Assembly: GCA_016867315.1 (NCBI GenBank)
Contig: VGJV01000003.1
Coordinates: forward strand, 27,429-91,428
Origin: Candidatus Liptonbacteria bacterium
GTDB taxonomy: Bacteria; Patescibacteriota; Minisyncoccia; UBA6257; 2-01-FULL-56-20
DNA: 64,000 bases
Reading direction: 5' to 3'
Position numbers and translations under genes: made by a program. This document shows, piece by piece, positions 18,939 through 28,479 of the stretch. Position 1 is the first letter of the stretch. Each line of letters opens with the position of its first letter. The notes under the pieces were generated by a model, which was not told the origin of the DNA, made no database searches, and worked only from the letters and a program-made list of their open reading frames with translations.

Positions 18939-19865
18939 ATGCTTTCTCGACTAAAAAAATATTTTATTCCTCAAAGGGAAAATGATCATGCCCCCCATAT
19001 TTTGAGAGGAAAAGCCGTAGTAATCACGATAGCGGCAATCCTTATAGGAGAAGTGATATTTCTCTCCGGGGCTAAGTATGTGGCTCCGCAATCCGAGCTT
19101 TTTGCAGTGATATTTTCGAATGCATTGGTAGATGGAACGAATCAAAACCGCCTTGCAAATAACCTCCCGGAACTCCGGGTAAATCCCTTACTTGAAGCGG
19201 CGGCACGGGCGAAAGCCCTCCACATGGCGCAGAATGGCTATTTTGCCCACACAAGCCCCACTGGGGTTACGCCCTGGTATTGGTTTGAAATGGTGGGATA
19301 TGACTTTAGCTATGCCGGGGAGAATCTCGCAGTAAACTTCCTTGATTCGGAAGATGTAACAAACGCCTGGATGGAATCTCCGACCCATCGGGCAAATATT
19401 CTTCGAGGGAATTTTACTGAAATAGGAATAGCCACCGCGCAAGGAGAATATGAGGGGAAACCCGCTACGTTTGTAGTGCAGCTTTTCGGATCACCGGCGA
19501 AGAAAAAAGTAGCTGCTGCTCCGAACAGGCAAAAAGTATCTTCCCCGATCCTAGAAAGTTCTTCTACCCCGCTTTTCGTAGCCGTAAGAGGGGCAGAAAT
19601 AGCCGCTGAATCGTTGAATCCGAAATCAATAGAGCCTCAAAACAATCCGGTGCAAGGGGCCCTCGCTGCTCCGCGAAAACTCGCGAACGGAGTCTATATA
19701 TTCTTTATAGGGTTGTTTGCACTGGCATTACTGATTATGATATGGAACATGTCTCTTACGCGGCACCCCAGATTGATATTCGGAGGGGCCCTGGTGATTG
19801 TGGTCGCGGGAGCAGGAATCCTTATAAATCAGCACGTGTCGCTTCTCTCCGCCTCGATTCTTTAG
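18939..19865 (+). CDS. CAP (SCP/PR1-like) domain protein, membrane anchored at both ends
   Basis: CAP motifs GYFAHTSPTG, GENLA and W(M)ESPTHRANIL. Hydrophobic segments at the N- and C-termini. Confidence 0.7.
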   Translation: MLSRLKKYFIPQRENDHAPHILRGKAVVITIAAILIGEVIFLSGAKYVAPQSELFAVIFSNALVDGTNQNRLANNLPELRVNPLLEAAARAKALHMAQNGYFAHTSPTGVTPWYWFEMVGYDFSYAGENLAVNFLDSEDVTNAWMESPTHRANILRGNFTEIGIATAQGEYEGKPATFVVQLFGSPAKKKVAAAPNRQKVSSPILESSSTPLFVAVRGAEIAAESLNPKSIEPQNNPVQGALAAPRKLANGVYIFFIGLFALALLIMIWNMSLTRHPRLIFGGALVIVVAGAGILINQHVSLLSASIL

Positions 19866-19992
19866 GAATGAATCCCGTTAGAGACAAAAACGGGATATCT
19901 GAAGTATCCACTATCATGCGTTACCTAAAAATTTCAATGCAGAATAATTTAGTTTTCTACGGTTCCATAAAATGGAACCTGTCTCTAACGGG

Positions 19993-20985
19993 ATGAAACT
20001 ATCCATCGGCATTGTAGGCTTGCCGAACGTAGGCAAGTCCACTCTTTTTAAACTGCTCACGAAGCAGGATATTTTGGTTGCCAATTACCCATTCGCCACA
20101 ATCGATCCAAATGTGGGAATTGTACCTGTTCCAGATGAACGGCTGGGGGTGCTTACCACGTTGAGTCAATCTAAAAAAACAATTCCGGCGGTCGTGGAAT
20201 TTTACGATATCGCGGGATTGGTAAAGGGAGCGAATCAAGGGGAAGGCCTGGGGAACCAATTTCTCTCGCACATTCGGGAAACGCAAGCGATCGTGGTAGT
20301 ACTTCGGGTGTTTGGAGATCCAAGCGTTATCCACGTCGAAAACTCCGTAGATGCGATTCGGGATTTTGATATCATCCACACCGAACTTGCTTTAAAGGAT
20401 TTAGAAACCGTGGAAAAACGATGGAAAAAACTGGAAGCGGAAGCTCGGGGTGACAAAAAGGCGGCAAAAAACTTTGAAATATTAAAACAGGTAAAAGCCG
20501 CGCTCGAAGCCGGAAAATCGCTTAGACAGTTCCGTGACGAAGAGATTGTGAAAGAACTGGCGCTTTTAAGTGCCAAAAAAGAGCTCATTCTTTTAAATGG
20601 TGATCCGGAAGAAGTAACCCCGGCACTCGTCGAAAAGATCAAAGCGCGGGGTGCGGATTATCTTGTCGCAAACGTCGCACTTGCGGATGAAATTCCGGAA
20701 CTCATCCGGAAAGCCTACGAGATTCTCGATCTCATCAGTTTTTTCACGACGGGGGAAGATGAGACTCGGGCGTGGACAATCACGAAAGGAGACAAAGCGC
20801 CGCAGGCTGCAGGAGTAATTCACACTGACTTCGAAAAGAATTTCATTCGGGCAGAAGTAGTTTCATGCAGTAAGCTTGTCGAGGCCGGAAGCTGGAATAA
20901 AGCGAAGGAAAAAGGCTCATTGCGGGTAGAAGGAAAGGACTACGTTGTTCAAGATGGTGATGTTATCGTGGTGAGGCACGGCTAG
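19993..20985 (+). CDS. ychF: ribosome-binding ATPase YchF (Obg-family GTPase)
   Basis: MKLSIGIVGLPNVGKSTLF P-loop and a TGS-like C-terminus (GKDYVVQDGDVIVV). The ORF track starts at 19972, and M 19993 matches canonical YchF. Confidence 0.85.
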   Translation: MKLSIGIVGLPNVGKSTLFKLLTKQDILVANYPFATIDPNVGIVPVPDERLGVLTTLSQSKKTIPAVVEFYDIAGLVKGANQGEGLGNQFLSHIRETQAIVVVLRVFGDPSVIHVENSVDAIRDFDIIHTELALKDLETVEKRWKKLEAEARGDKKAAKNFEILKQVKAALEAGKSLRQFRDEEIVKELALLSAKKELILLNGDPEEVTPALVEKIKARGADYLVANVALADEIPELIRKAYEILDLISFFTTGEDETRAWTITKGDKAPQAAGVIHTDFEKNFIRAEVVSCSKLVEAGSWNKAKEKGSLRVEGKDYVVQDGDVIVVRHG

Positions 20986-21081
20986 TGTAAAATAGGGGAT
21001 GCCTGCCCCGTAGAATCGCGCAGTGGTTTATACGGGGTAATGGTCATCAGACATTCATAACGATTCCGTATAACGAAACCA

Positions 21082-21834
21082 ATGGCAAAGCCCATTATCG
21101 AGGTTAAGAATCTCATTAAAAAGTTTGGCGATTTCACCGCCGTAGACGGAATTTCTTTCGATATTGAAGAAGGGAAAATTACGGGACTTTTAGGTCCGAA
21201 CGGCGCAGGTAAGACGACTACGATTCAAATGCTGCTCGACATCATCACTCCCACCTCGGGAGAAATTCGCATTTTTGGAATGGACATGAGGCATTCGCGC
21301 GAAGCGATCTTGAGTCAGACGAACTTCTCTTCTCCCTACGTAACTCTGCCGCAGAATTTAAAGGTTTGGGAAAATTTGAAGACTTTCGCCAGGCTGTATG
21401 GTGTGCCTGATATCAATTTAAAAATCAAAGAACTCGCAGAATTTTTTGGAATAGAGAATCTACTTCCGAAACTTACTGCTACGCTCTCTACCGGGCAGCT
21501 TGCACGCCTGAATCTCACCAAATCTCTCCTCAATGATCCGAAACTCTTACTCTTAGACGAGCCCACTTCTTCTTTGGATCCCGATATCGCCGATCGAGTG
21601 CGCAAGCTCTTACTCCAAATCCGAAAGGAGAGGGGAGTGACGATGCTTTATACCTCGCACAACATGGCGGAAATCGAAGAACTTTGCGATCGAGTCATTT
21701 TCATTAATCATGGCAAAGTGGTGGACGATGGGACTCCCGCAGAGCTCGTAAAAAAATATGGCCATGAAGATTTGAACGACGTTTTCCTACATATTGCAAG
21801 AGAAGGAGAAATGAAAGCGTCGCAAAATTCCTAA
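21082..21834 (+). CDS. ABC transporter ATP-binding protein
   Basis: Walker A GPNGAGKTT, ABC signature LSTGQ and Walker B LLLLDEPTS. Confidence 0.85.
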   Translation: MAKPIIEVKNLIKKFGDFTAVDGISFDIEEGKITGLLGPNGAGKTTTIQMLLDIITPTSGEIRIFGMDMRHSREAILSQTNFSSPYVTLPQNLKVWENLKTFARLYGVPDINLKIKELAEFFGIENLLPKLTATLSTGQLARLNLTKSLLNDPKLLLLDEPTSSLDPDIADRVRKLLLQIRKERGVTMLYTSHNMAEIEELCDRVIFINHGKVVDDGTPAELVKKYGHEDLNDVFLHIAREGEMKASQNS

Positions 21835-21915
21835 TTTCTAATGTCGAATTTCTAACGAAATCCCGATGCTCAAATCCCAATTAGAAATTAGGTTAATTAG
21901 AAATTAGAAATTTCC

Positions 21916-22704
21916 ATGCGTTTCCATCGTGTCAGTGCACTTCTTCTGCGCCACTTGTATCTCTACAAGCGGAGCTTTCCCCGCCTCATGGATATCTTCT
22001 ATTGGCCCGTTATGGAACTTTTAGTATGGGGATTCTTGAGTGTCTATCTTGAAAAAACTCAAGCTGCGGGAGTAAACATTGCCACAATTCTTTTGGGAGG
22101 AATCATTTTCTGGGATCTCTTAAGCAGATCTCAGCAGGCGGTTTCGATTTCTTTTTTAGAGGATGTATGGGAACGAAATTTCTTGAATCTTTTCGTTTCT
22201 CCGCTCTCGATTACGGAATTTCTGGCCTCGACGTTCTTTGTAGGGGTTATTCGGATTATTCTCGTAGGAATAGTAGCAAGTATCCTCGCTGTACTGCTCT
22301 ATCAGTTCAATATTTTCATATTTGGACTATACCTCGTCCCTTTTGTGATAAATCTTTTCTTTTTTGGATGGACGCTGGGACTTTTTACTACCGGCATCAT
22401 TTTGCGCTATGGCACCTCCGCGCAGATTCTTGCCTTCGGCTTTATATTTCTCATTCAGCCGTTTAGCGCCGTATTTTATCCGATCTCTGCTATGCCCGGT
22501 TGGGCACAGTGGATCGCATATATAATTCCTTCGTCGTATGTATTTGAAGGCATGAGAGAAGTGATCGCGACCGGCACGCTGGGAGTAGCGAATCTCTCCG
22601 CCGCCTTCCTCACCAATTTCTTCTATTTAGCCCTGGTGCTGTGGTTCTTCTATCGAATGTTTGCGCGCGTAAAAGTGAAAGGATTGCTTCTCAAATTGGA
22701 TTAA
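21916..22704 (+). CDS. ABC-2 type transporter permease
   Basis: 262 aa with 6 TM helices, directly downstream of the ABC ATPase. Confidence 0.7.
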   Translation: MRFHRVSALLLRHLYLYKRSFPRLMDIFYWPVMELLVWGFLSVYLEKTQAAGVNIATILLGGIIFWDLLSRSQQAVSISFLEDVWERNFLNLFVSPLSITEFLASTFFVGVIRIILVGIVASILAVLLYQFNIFIFGLYLVPFVINLFFFGWTLGLFTTGIILRYGTSAQILAFGFIFLIQPFSAVFYPISAMPGWAQWIAYIIPSSYVFEGMREVIATGTLGVANLSAAFLTNFFYLALVLWFFYRMFARVKVKGLLLKLD

Positions 22705-23303
22705 GACCTCCGTTCCAGCGCCGATCCTAACGTTTCATCATCCGCAAACTCAATCTCGCCGCCCGTGGGAAGTCCTCTTCCTAGGCGGCTGATTTTTTTG
22801 GCGAATGATTCCAGCTCTCGGCCAAGTGTTGCGGCATTAAAATCTCCCACTGAAGTGGGGTTCAGTGCTACGATTATTTCTTCCGCTCGCCCGTTCATTT
22901 CTTTTTGAATAAGCGACTTCAAATTCTGGAGCCGTAACTTTTGCCACCCTTCGAGCACGCCGGTTTTTGGAATCTCTCCCAGGATTAAATATTTCCCTTT
23001 GAATTTCGCCGTACTTTCCAAAGACATCAAATCTGTTTCTTTTTCCACAAGCATAATAATATTCGAAACTCTCCGAGGATCGCGGCAAATTTCACATAGT
23101 CCATCCTCATTTTGATGCACAAAAAAACAGCGGGCGCAGGTCCGAATCTTTCTCATTCCATGAATCGCATCCCCAAGCTCTTTAATGTTGTTTTCCCCCG
23201 TCCGCAGTAAATAAAATGCCACCCGAGTAGCTTGACGCGGGCCCAAGGAGGGAAGTTCGGATAGCTTTTCAATAAAAAGGCGAATCGATTCCGGAAGACG
23301 CAT
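22701..23303 (-). CDS. recR: recombination protein RecR
   Basis: HhH N-terminus, C4 zinc finger (CARCFFVHQNEDGLCEIC) and Toprim domain. Confidence 0.85.
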   Translation of the reverse strand: MRLPESIRLFIEKLSELPSLGPRQATRVAFYLLRTGENNIKELGDAIHGMRKIRTCARCFFVHQNEDGLCEICRDPRRVSNIIMLVEKETDLMSLESTAKFKGKYLILGEIPKTGVLEGWQKLRLQNLKSLIQKEMNGRAEEIIVALNPTSVGDFNAATLGRELESFAKKISRLGRGLPTGGEIEFADDETLGSALERRS

Positions 23304-23414
23304 GATGGAAAAAATTTCTAATATCTAATTACTAATTTCTAAATAATGTCTCAATTCTAATATCCAATCTCCAAATTGGGAAATGGGATTTCGTTAGAAA
23401 TTCGATACTAGAAA

Positions 23415-24836
23415 TTAGGAATTCGCAGGCAAAAATTCTCCGAACCGAGCTTCAAGTTGCCGAAAAGAAGTACGCTCCGCATCGAAATAAAGATCCACGG
23501 AACCTAAGGGGCCGTTGCGGTGTTTGGCAATATTGATTTGCGCAATATTCTGTTCTTCGGGGGGCGCATCGAGCTTGTCTCTATCCTTGCGATAAATGAA
23601 CATCACCACATCGGCATCCTGCTCAATTGCGCCTGATTCCCGAAGGTCTGACAGCCGGGGAGCTCCTCCGCGCTGTTCGACGGTACGGGAAAGCTGAGAA
23701 AGCGCGAGTACAGGAGCTTGAATCTCACGAGCCAGCGCTTTAAGGCCTCGAGAAATTTCCGTAACCTGTTGCACGACGTTGTCGCTAGAGGTTCGGGGAG
23801 TAATAAGCTGGAGATAATCTACGACAATGAGTCCCAGGCCATGCTCCACTTGGAGTCTCCGCGCCATTGAGCGCATCTGCATGATATTCAAAGAAGGAGT
23901 ATCGTCGATATAGATAGTAGCTTGCGAGAGGCGATCCAGCGCCTCCTGAATCATCCGAAATTCGCCGTCATTCGAAATTTTTCCGGTAAGAATTTTCCAA
24001 AGCGACACTTGAGACTCTGCGGCTACTAAACGGTCAATGACTTGCTCCCGAGACATTTCAAGTGAAAAGAAACCCACGGGAATCTTCTCTCGCGTGGCGG
24101 CATGTCGGGCAATGTCCAATGCCAATGAAGTTTTTCCAAGCGAAGGTCGAGCTCCTATTACTACCAGATCAGACTTCTGAAGCCCAGAGAGCAGGTTGTC
24201 GAGTCCTTCAAAGCCCGTGGGCACGCCGCGATGCTTCCCTCCGCCTTGATGTAGTTTTTCAATGCGCTCATAGGCGTTTTTTAATTCTTCCTTGAGAGGC
24301 ACAAAATTCTTAGGTAAAGATTGCTGAGAAATCGCGAGAATCTTTTGCTCAATAGCATCAAGCAGATCTTCAATATCCTGCGAGGCATCGAACGCCGCTT
24401 CGCTTACTTCTCCGGAAACGCGGATTAGGTCTCGAAGCACTCGTTTTTCTTTCACGAGCTGCGCGTAATGAGCAATATGAGAGGAAGTGGCTACTCGGTT
24501 GGTAAGATCGGCGAGATAACTCGATCCCCCTACATCTTTAAGGGTGCCGTTCTCCTTGAGGCGATTACCGACACTTACGATATCGATGGGCTGATGCTTT
24601 TCATACAGTTCGATAACCGCCGAATAAATCCGTTCATGTCCGGGAGAGTAAAAGTCCGTGGGACCGAGAACGTCTGCCACTTTAAAAATGGCATTTTTGT
24701 CGATCAAAATACCGCCTAATACTGCCTGTTCCGCCTCTATATTTTGGGGCGGGAGTTTTAATTTATCCGTTCTTCCTTTCGTGGACATGCTTAATAAAAT
24801 TCCAAATCCCAGCACCAAATTCCAAACAATATTCAA
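23415..24836 (-). CDS. dnaB: replicative DNA helicase DnaB
   Basis: NIEAEQAVLGGILID N-terminal motif, Walker A GARPSLGKTSLAL, and RecA-like H2-H4 motifs. The probable true start is at 24788 (MSTKGRT…). Confidence 0.9.
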   Translation of the reverse strand: MNIVWNLVLGFGILLSMSTKGRTDKLKLPPQNIEAEQAVLGGILIDKNAIFKVADVLGPTDFYSPGHERIYSAVIELYEKHQPIDIVSVGNRLKENGTLKDVGGSSYLADLTNRVATSSHIAHYAQLVKEKRVLRDLIRVSGEVSEAAFDASQDIEDLLDAIEQKILAISQQSLPKNFVPLKEELKNAYERIEKLHQGGGKHRGVPTGFEGLDNLLSGLQKSDLVVIGARPSLGKTSLALDIARHAATREKIPVGFFSLEMSREQVIDRLVAAESQVSLWKILTGKISNDGEFRMIQEALDRLSQATIYIDDTPSLNIMQMRSMARRLQVEHGLGLIVVDYLQLITPRTSSDNVVQQVTEISRGLKALAREIQAPVLALSQLSRTVEQRGGAPRLSDLRESGAIEQDADVVMFIYRKDRDKLDAPPEEQNIAQINIAKHRNGPLGSVDLYFDAERTSFRQLEARFGEFLPANS

Positions 24837-24860
24837 CTTCCAAAACTCAAACTCGAAGAG

Positions 24861-26279
24861 TTATTTGGAATTTGGATTTTGATGCTTGGGATTTGCGGGC
24901 CATACAAATGGCCCGATAGGGGTGTCTTCTATCGTGTATCCTAGCTCCTCAATTTGCTTTCGCAAAGCATCTGACTGGATAAACTGTTGATTCCGCCTCA
25001 TTTCTTCTCTTTTTTTAGCCAAAGAAGATATTTTAGACGGCCGAGAAGGCAAAGAAATAGGAATTCCAAGCAGCGCAAAGCGGGAAGTTATAAAGGCATG
25101 CAAGCTGCGAATGGAACGGGAGTTGAGCTGCCAAAGGAAGGGATTTACCGTCCGCATCACTTCGAAAAGCACTCCCAACGCCTGCGGGGTATTTATGTCA
25201 TCCGCGAGCGTAGCTTCCCATTTGCGAGCATAGGAAAGCAGCGAAAATTTTTTTAATGGCTTCTTTGCTCCTTCAGTTTCTACGAATTTCAGCTTTCCTA
25301 AAAAAAGACGTACCCCTTCGAGAGTCTCTTCCGCTGCGAGAGCTAGTTTCTCGTCGTAATCAATAGGTGATCGATAATGATGGTTCAAGACTATAAATCG
25401 AAATATAGCAGGGGAATGGGCAGCAAGAAATTGCTGGGCGGTAATGAAATTTCCCAAACTCTTACTCATCTTTTCTCCGCCGACCGTGAGCATTCCGGTG
25501 TGCATCCAGATTTTCACGAAGGGCACTTTTCCGGAAGCAGCTTCCTGCTGGGCAATCTCGGCCTCATGATGTGGAAACTTAAGATCCAATCCACCTCCAT
25601 GAATATCATATTGCGGGCCGAAGAAATGTTCCGAAATCGCAGTGTCTTCAATGTGCCATCCTGGCCGGCCTGCACCAAGCGGAGAATTCCAGACTGGCTC
25701 GCCCGGTTTAGAAAACTTCCAGAGACAAAAGTCTCCTTTATTTCGTTTCTCCACCGATTCATCAATTCGCGACACTGCATCTTCTGCTGCAAGAGCGGTG
25801 CGGCGGCTTAACTTTCCATATGCCGGGAATCGAGCAATATCGAAATAATACCCATCGCCTTCGATCTTATATGCCACACCTCTGCGAACGAGACGCTGTA
25901 CTTGATCGATGATTTCGGAAATGAATTTGGTGGCAGGGGCATAGGTGGTAACTGCATCCACGCCGAATCGCTTCATGTCCGCGAAGTAGCTCTTAGTATG
26001 CCCTTTAGAAAAAATAAGCGGATCTGTTCCTTCCTGGGCCGCGCGTTTGATTATCTTGTCATCGATGTCCGTAATATTTTGGATGTAGCGCACCTCACAA
26101 CCAAGGCTTCTTAAGTATTTAGTAAAGAAATCGAAAAAGACGTAGGTCCTTACATGTCCGATATGAGTGGAGTCATACACGGTAGGTCCGCATACGAAAA
26201 GACGGAGCGGCTGCCCCTTGGGGGAAGGAAGCTTCTCTTTTTTTTGAGTAAGAGTGTTCCAGATCCGGATTGGCCGCAT
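24861..26279 (-). CDS. cysS: cysteine--tRNA ligase
   Basis: HIGH (THIGHVRTY), KMSKS and the C-terminal anticodon-binding region. Confidence 0.9.
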   Translation of the reverse strand: MRPIRIWNTLTQKKEKLPSPKGQPLRLFVCGPTVYDSTHIGHVRTYVFFDFFTKYLRSLGCEVRYIQNITDIDDKIIKRAAQEGTDPLIFSKGHTKSYFADMKRFGVDAVTTYAPATKFISEIIDQVQRLVRRGVAYKIEGDGYYFDIARFPAYGKLSRRTALAAEDAVSRIDESVEKRNKGDFCLWKFSKPGEPVWNSPLGAGRPGWHIEDTAISEHFFGPQYDIHGGGLDLKFPHHEAEIAQQEAASGKVPFVKIWMHTGMLTVGGEKMSKSLGNFITAQQFLAAHSPAIFRFIVLNHHYRSPIDYDEKLALAAEETLEGVRLFLGKLKFVETEGAKKPLKKFSLLSYARKWEATLADDINTPQALGVLFEVMRTVNPFLWQLNSRSIRSLHAFITSRFALLGIPISLPSRPSKISSLAKKREEMRRNQQFIQSDALRKQIEELGYTIEDTPIGPFVWPANPKHQNPNSK

Positions 26280-26315
26280 CTAAGTGATTTATATAACTAG
26301 TCCTAATCAGTAATT

Positions 26316-27215
26316 CTAGAACCAGCCTTTTCGCTTGAAGTAAAGCGCAAGACCCCCCATTCCTGCAAGGATAATGAATGCCAAAATCCAGAAAGCTCCA
26401 GGCATATCGATAATAGGCGTTCCACGCGCCGGGATGGTAAAAAGAGCAGCAATAAGCATGAACGGAAAGGTAAGAAAAGAAAGCATCGTAAATGTTTTCA
26501 TCACTGTGTTGATCTTCAAGTTCATAATCTGGTTATTCGTATCCCCGAAGTCATTAATAGCTTCCCGGTAATTTTCCACCTGGTTCACGATGCGAAGATG
26601 ATCCCCAATAAGATCATCCAAATAAATTTCCACTTCTTTATTCCAAAATTTCACTCCGCGAGACAAAAGGGACTGCAGAATAGTTTGTTGCAGTCGGACA
26701 ATAATTCTATATTCGGAAACATCCCGCTTGAGGTAGGAAACGCGCTCAAGCACTTCTTTCTCCTTATTTCTAAAAAGTTCTTTTCCCACCCCTTCCACTT
26801 TTTCACGTACGTGGCGCAACTGACGCTCCTGAAATTCGAGGAGAGCCTGGAGCACTCGATAGAGAAGTTTCAAAGAATTCTCCGCAGTGGTTTCTCCAAG
26901 CGTATCGAGAATCTCGATTTTTTCATTGTGGACCACGACTACGGTATCGCGGGTAATGATGAAATCCAGTTCGGTGCGGAGCGTGGTGGCTGTTTTCGGA
27001 TCGTAGAGAGGAAAATAATATACAAAGAAAAGATAATTGTCGTAATGCTCCACGCGAGCGCGGGCAGTAGCGGTTTTAAGTTCGTGGAGAATAACCGGAT
27101 GAATACCAAACTTGGCCTTGAGGAATTCGAGGTCTCTGTCCGTAGGCTTAAAGATGCGCAGGAGAGAAGCACTCTTTTGTTTGGTCATAAATCCATTATA
27201 CAGAAAAGCCAGCAA
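26316..27215 (-). CDS. CorA-like divalent cation transporter (divergent, no canonical GMN motif)
   Basis: CorA-like size and topology: a soluble N-domain plus two C-terminal TM helices. GMN is absent, so the assignment is tentative. Confidence 0.4.
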   Translation of the reverse strand: MLAFLYNGFMTKQKSASLLRIFKPTDRDLEFLKAKFGIHPVILHELKTATARARVEHYDNYLFFVYYFPLYDPKTATTLRTELDFIITRDTVVVVHNEKIEILDTLGETTAENSLKLLYRVLQALLEFQERQLRHVREKVEGVGKELFRNKEKEVLERVSYLKRDVSEYRIIVRLQQTILQSLLSRGVKFWNKEVEIYLDDLIGDHLRIVNQVENYREAINDFGDTNNQIMNLKINTVMKTFTMLSFLTFPFMLIAALFTIPARGTPIIDMPGAFWILAFIILAGMGGLALYFKRKGWF

Positions 27216-27245
27216 GTAAAAAACAAATGTTAGTAAATAGAAGCA

Positions 27246-27282
27246 TTAGCACTGTTGACACTAGATTGCTAAGGACTATAAT
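27246..27282 (+). promoter_or_regulatory. CIRCE-like operator (TTAGCACTG-N9-GATTGCTAA) overlapping a sigma70-like promoter (TTGACA 27255-27260, TATAAT 27277-27282)
   Basis: 16 of 18 positions match the CIRCE consensus TTAGCACTC-N9-GAGTGCTAA. It lies immediately upstream of hrcA-grpE-dnaK. Confidence 0.6.
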
Positions 27283-27294
27283 TTTCGAAGACCC

Positions 27295-27987
27295 ATGATT
27301 CTCGAGGACCGAAAAGCCAAAATATTAAATGCGGCAATAGAATCCTTCATTACCCGCGGAGAGCCGGTAAGTTCTCAATGGCTCTATGACCACTATCGGT
27401 TTGGCATCAAGCCGGCCATGATCCGGCACGAGCTCGAAGCCCTTACCGAGGAAGGATATCTTATGCAACCCTATCACTCCGCAGGGAGAATCCCGGCAGA
27501 TAAAGGCTTTGAGCTCTTTGCGCATTGGACCCTGGAAGCCGAGTCGCCGCCTCAAATAGATAAAGAATTACACACACTCCTTGAGGACAAAGCCTGGGAG
27601 CCTTTCCTCAAAGAACTCGCGGATGAACTTGGAGTACTCGGAGTATTGGGGAATGAGCGAGGAGAAGTGGCCAAGAAGGGTTTGGAATGTTTAGTAGAAC
27701 ATTTTGCTTGGGAAACTCCCGAAGAAATTCAGAGATTAGTACGAGATTTTGTGGAATTGGATGAGCGGGTAGGTGCAATAATAGAAGAGTGGACCGGAGA
27801 TCCGTTGCAAATCTTTATCGGGCGAAGGAGTCCGGTAACGCGCAGTGAAGGTTTGGCAGTCGTGATGGGTAAATATCAGATTCCAGACGGGGAAGTGGTA
27901 GTGTGTACTATCGGGCCGAAGCGGATGAATTATCGTCGAGTCATCCAGGTTATGAAAAGCATAGGTGAAATTCACAACGATGACTGA
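27295..27987 (+). CDS. hrcA: heat-inducible transcription repressor HrcA (short, 230 aa)
   Basis: N-terminal winged-helix region RKAKILNAAIESFITRGEPVSS and the hrcA-grpE-dnaK-dnaJ gene order. It is shorter than the usual 340 aa or so. Confidence 0.65.
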   Translation: MILEDRKAKILNAAIESFITRGEPVSSQWLYDHYRFGIKPAMIRHELEALTEEGYLMQPYHSAGRIPADKGFELFAHWTLEAESPPQIDKELHTLLEDKAWEPFLKELADELGVLGVLGNERGEVAKKGLECLVEHFAWETPEEIQRLVRDFVELDERVGAIIEEWTGDPLQIFIGRRSPVTRSEGLAVVMGKYQIPDGEVVVCTIGPKRMNYRRVIQVMKSIGEIHNDD

Positions 27988-28462
27988 AGAAATAAAAAAA
28001 GAAATTCCGAATGGAGAAAGTGAATTAGATAAGTGCAAGAAAGAAAAAGAAGAATATTTAGCGGGGTGGCAGCGGGCAAAAGCGGACTTTATCAACTATA
28101 AAAAAGAAGAAGCCAAAAGATTTGAGGACATCGCGAAGTACGCGAGCGCCACGCTTTTGGAGGAACTTATTACGGTACTCGATAACTTTGATCTTGCCAT
28201 TCAGGCTTTGAAGAAGGCGGGAGGAGTAGATAAGGGAATTTATATGATACGTGCGCATCTCGAGGATATCCTCCGAAAGAGAGGATTAACTCGAATCGAA
28301 TTGACCCCTCCGGCTCAATTTGATGCAAGCACAATGGAAGCCATCGAAGAAACATCTTCTGCCGAATCCCCCGGTACTGTACTCGAGGAGATAGCTCCTG
28401 GATACCGGCTGCATGACAAAGTAATAAGGCCGGCGCGAGTAAGAATAAGTAAAGGAAAATAA
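27965..28462 (+). CDS. grpE: nucleotide exchange factor GrpE
   Basis: GrpE coiled-coil and C-terminal beta domain; operon context. Confidence 0.85.
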   Translation: MKFTTMTEEIKKEIPNGESELDKCKKEKEEYLAGWQRAKADFINYKKEEAKRFEDIAKYASATLLEELITVLDNFDLAIQALKKAGGVDKGIYMIRAHLEDILRKRGLTRIELTPPAQFDASTMEAIEETSSAESPGTVLEEIAPGYRLHDKVIRPARVRISKGK

Positions 28463-28479
28463 TATTAAACATAATTATC

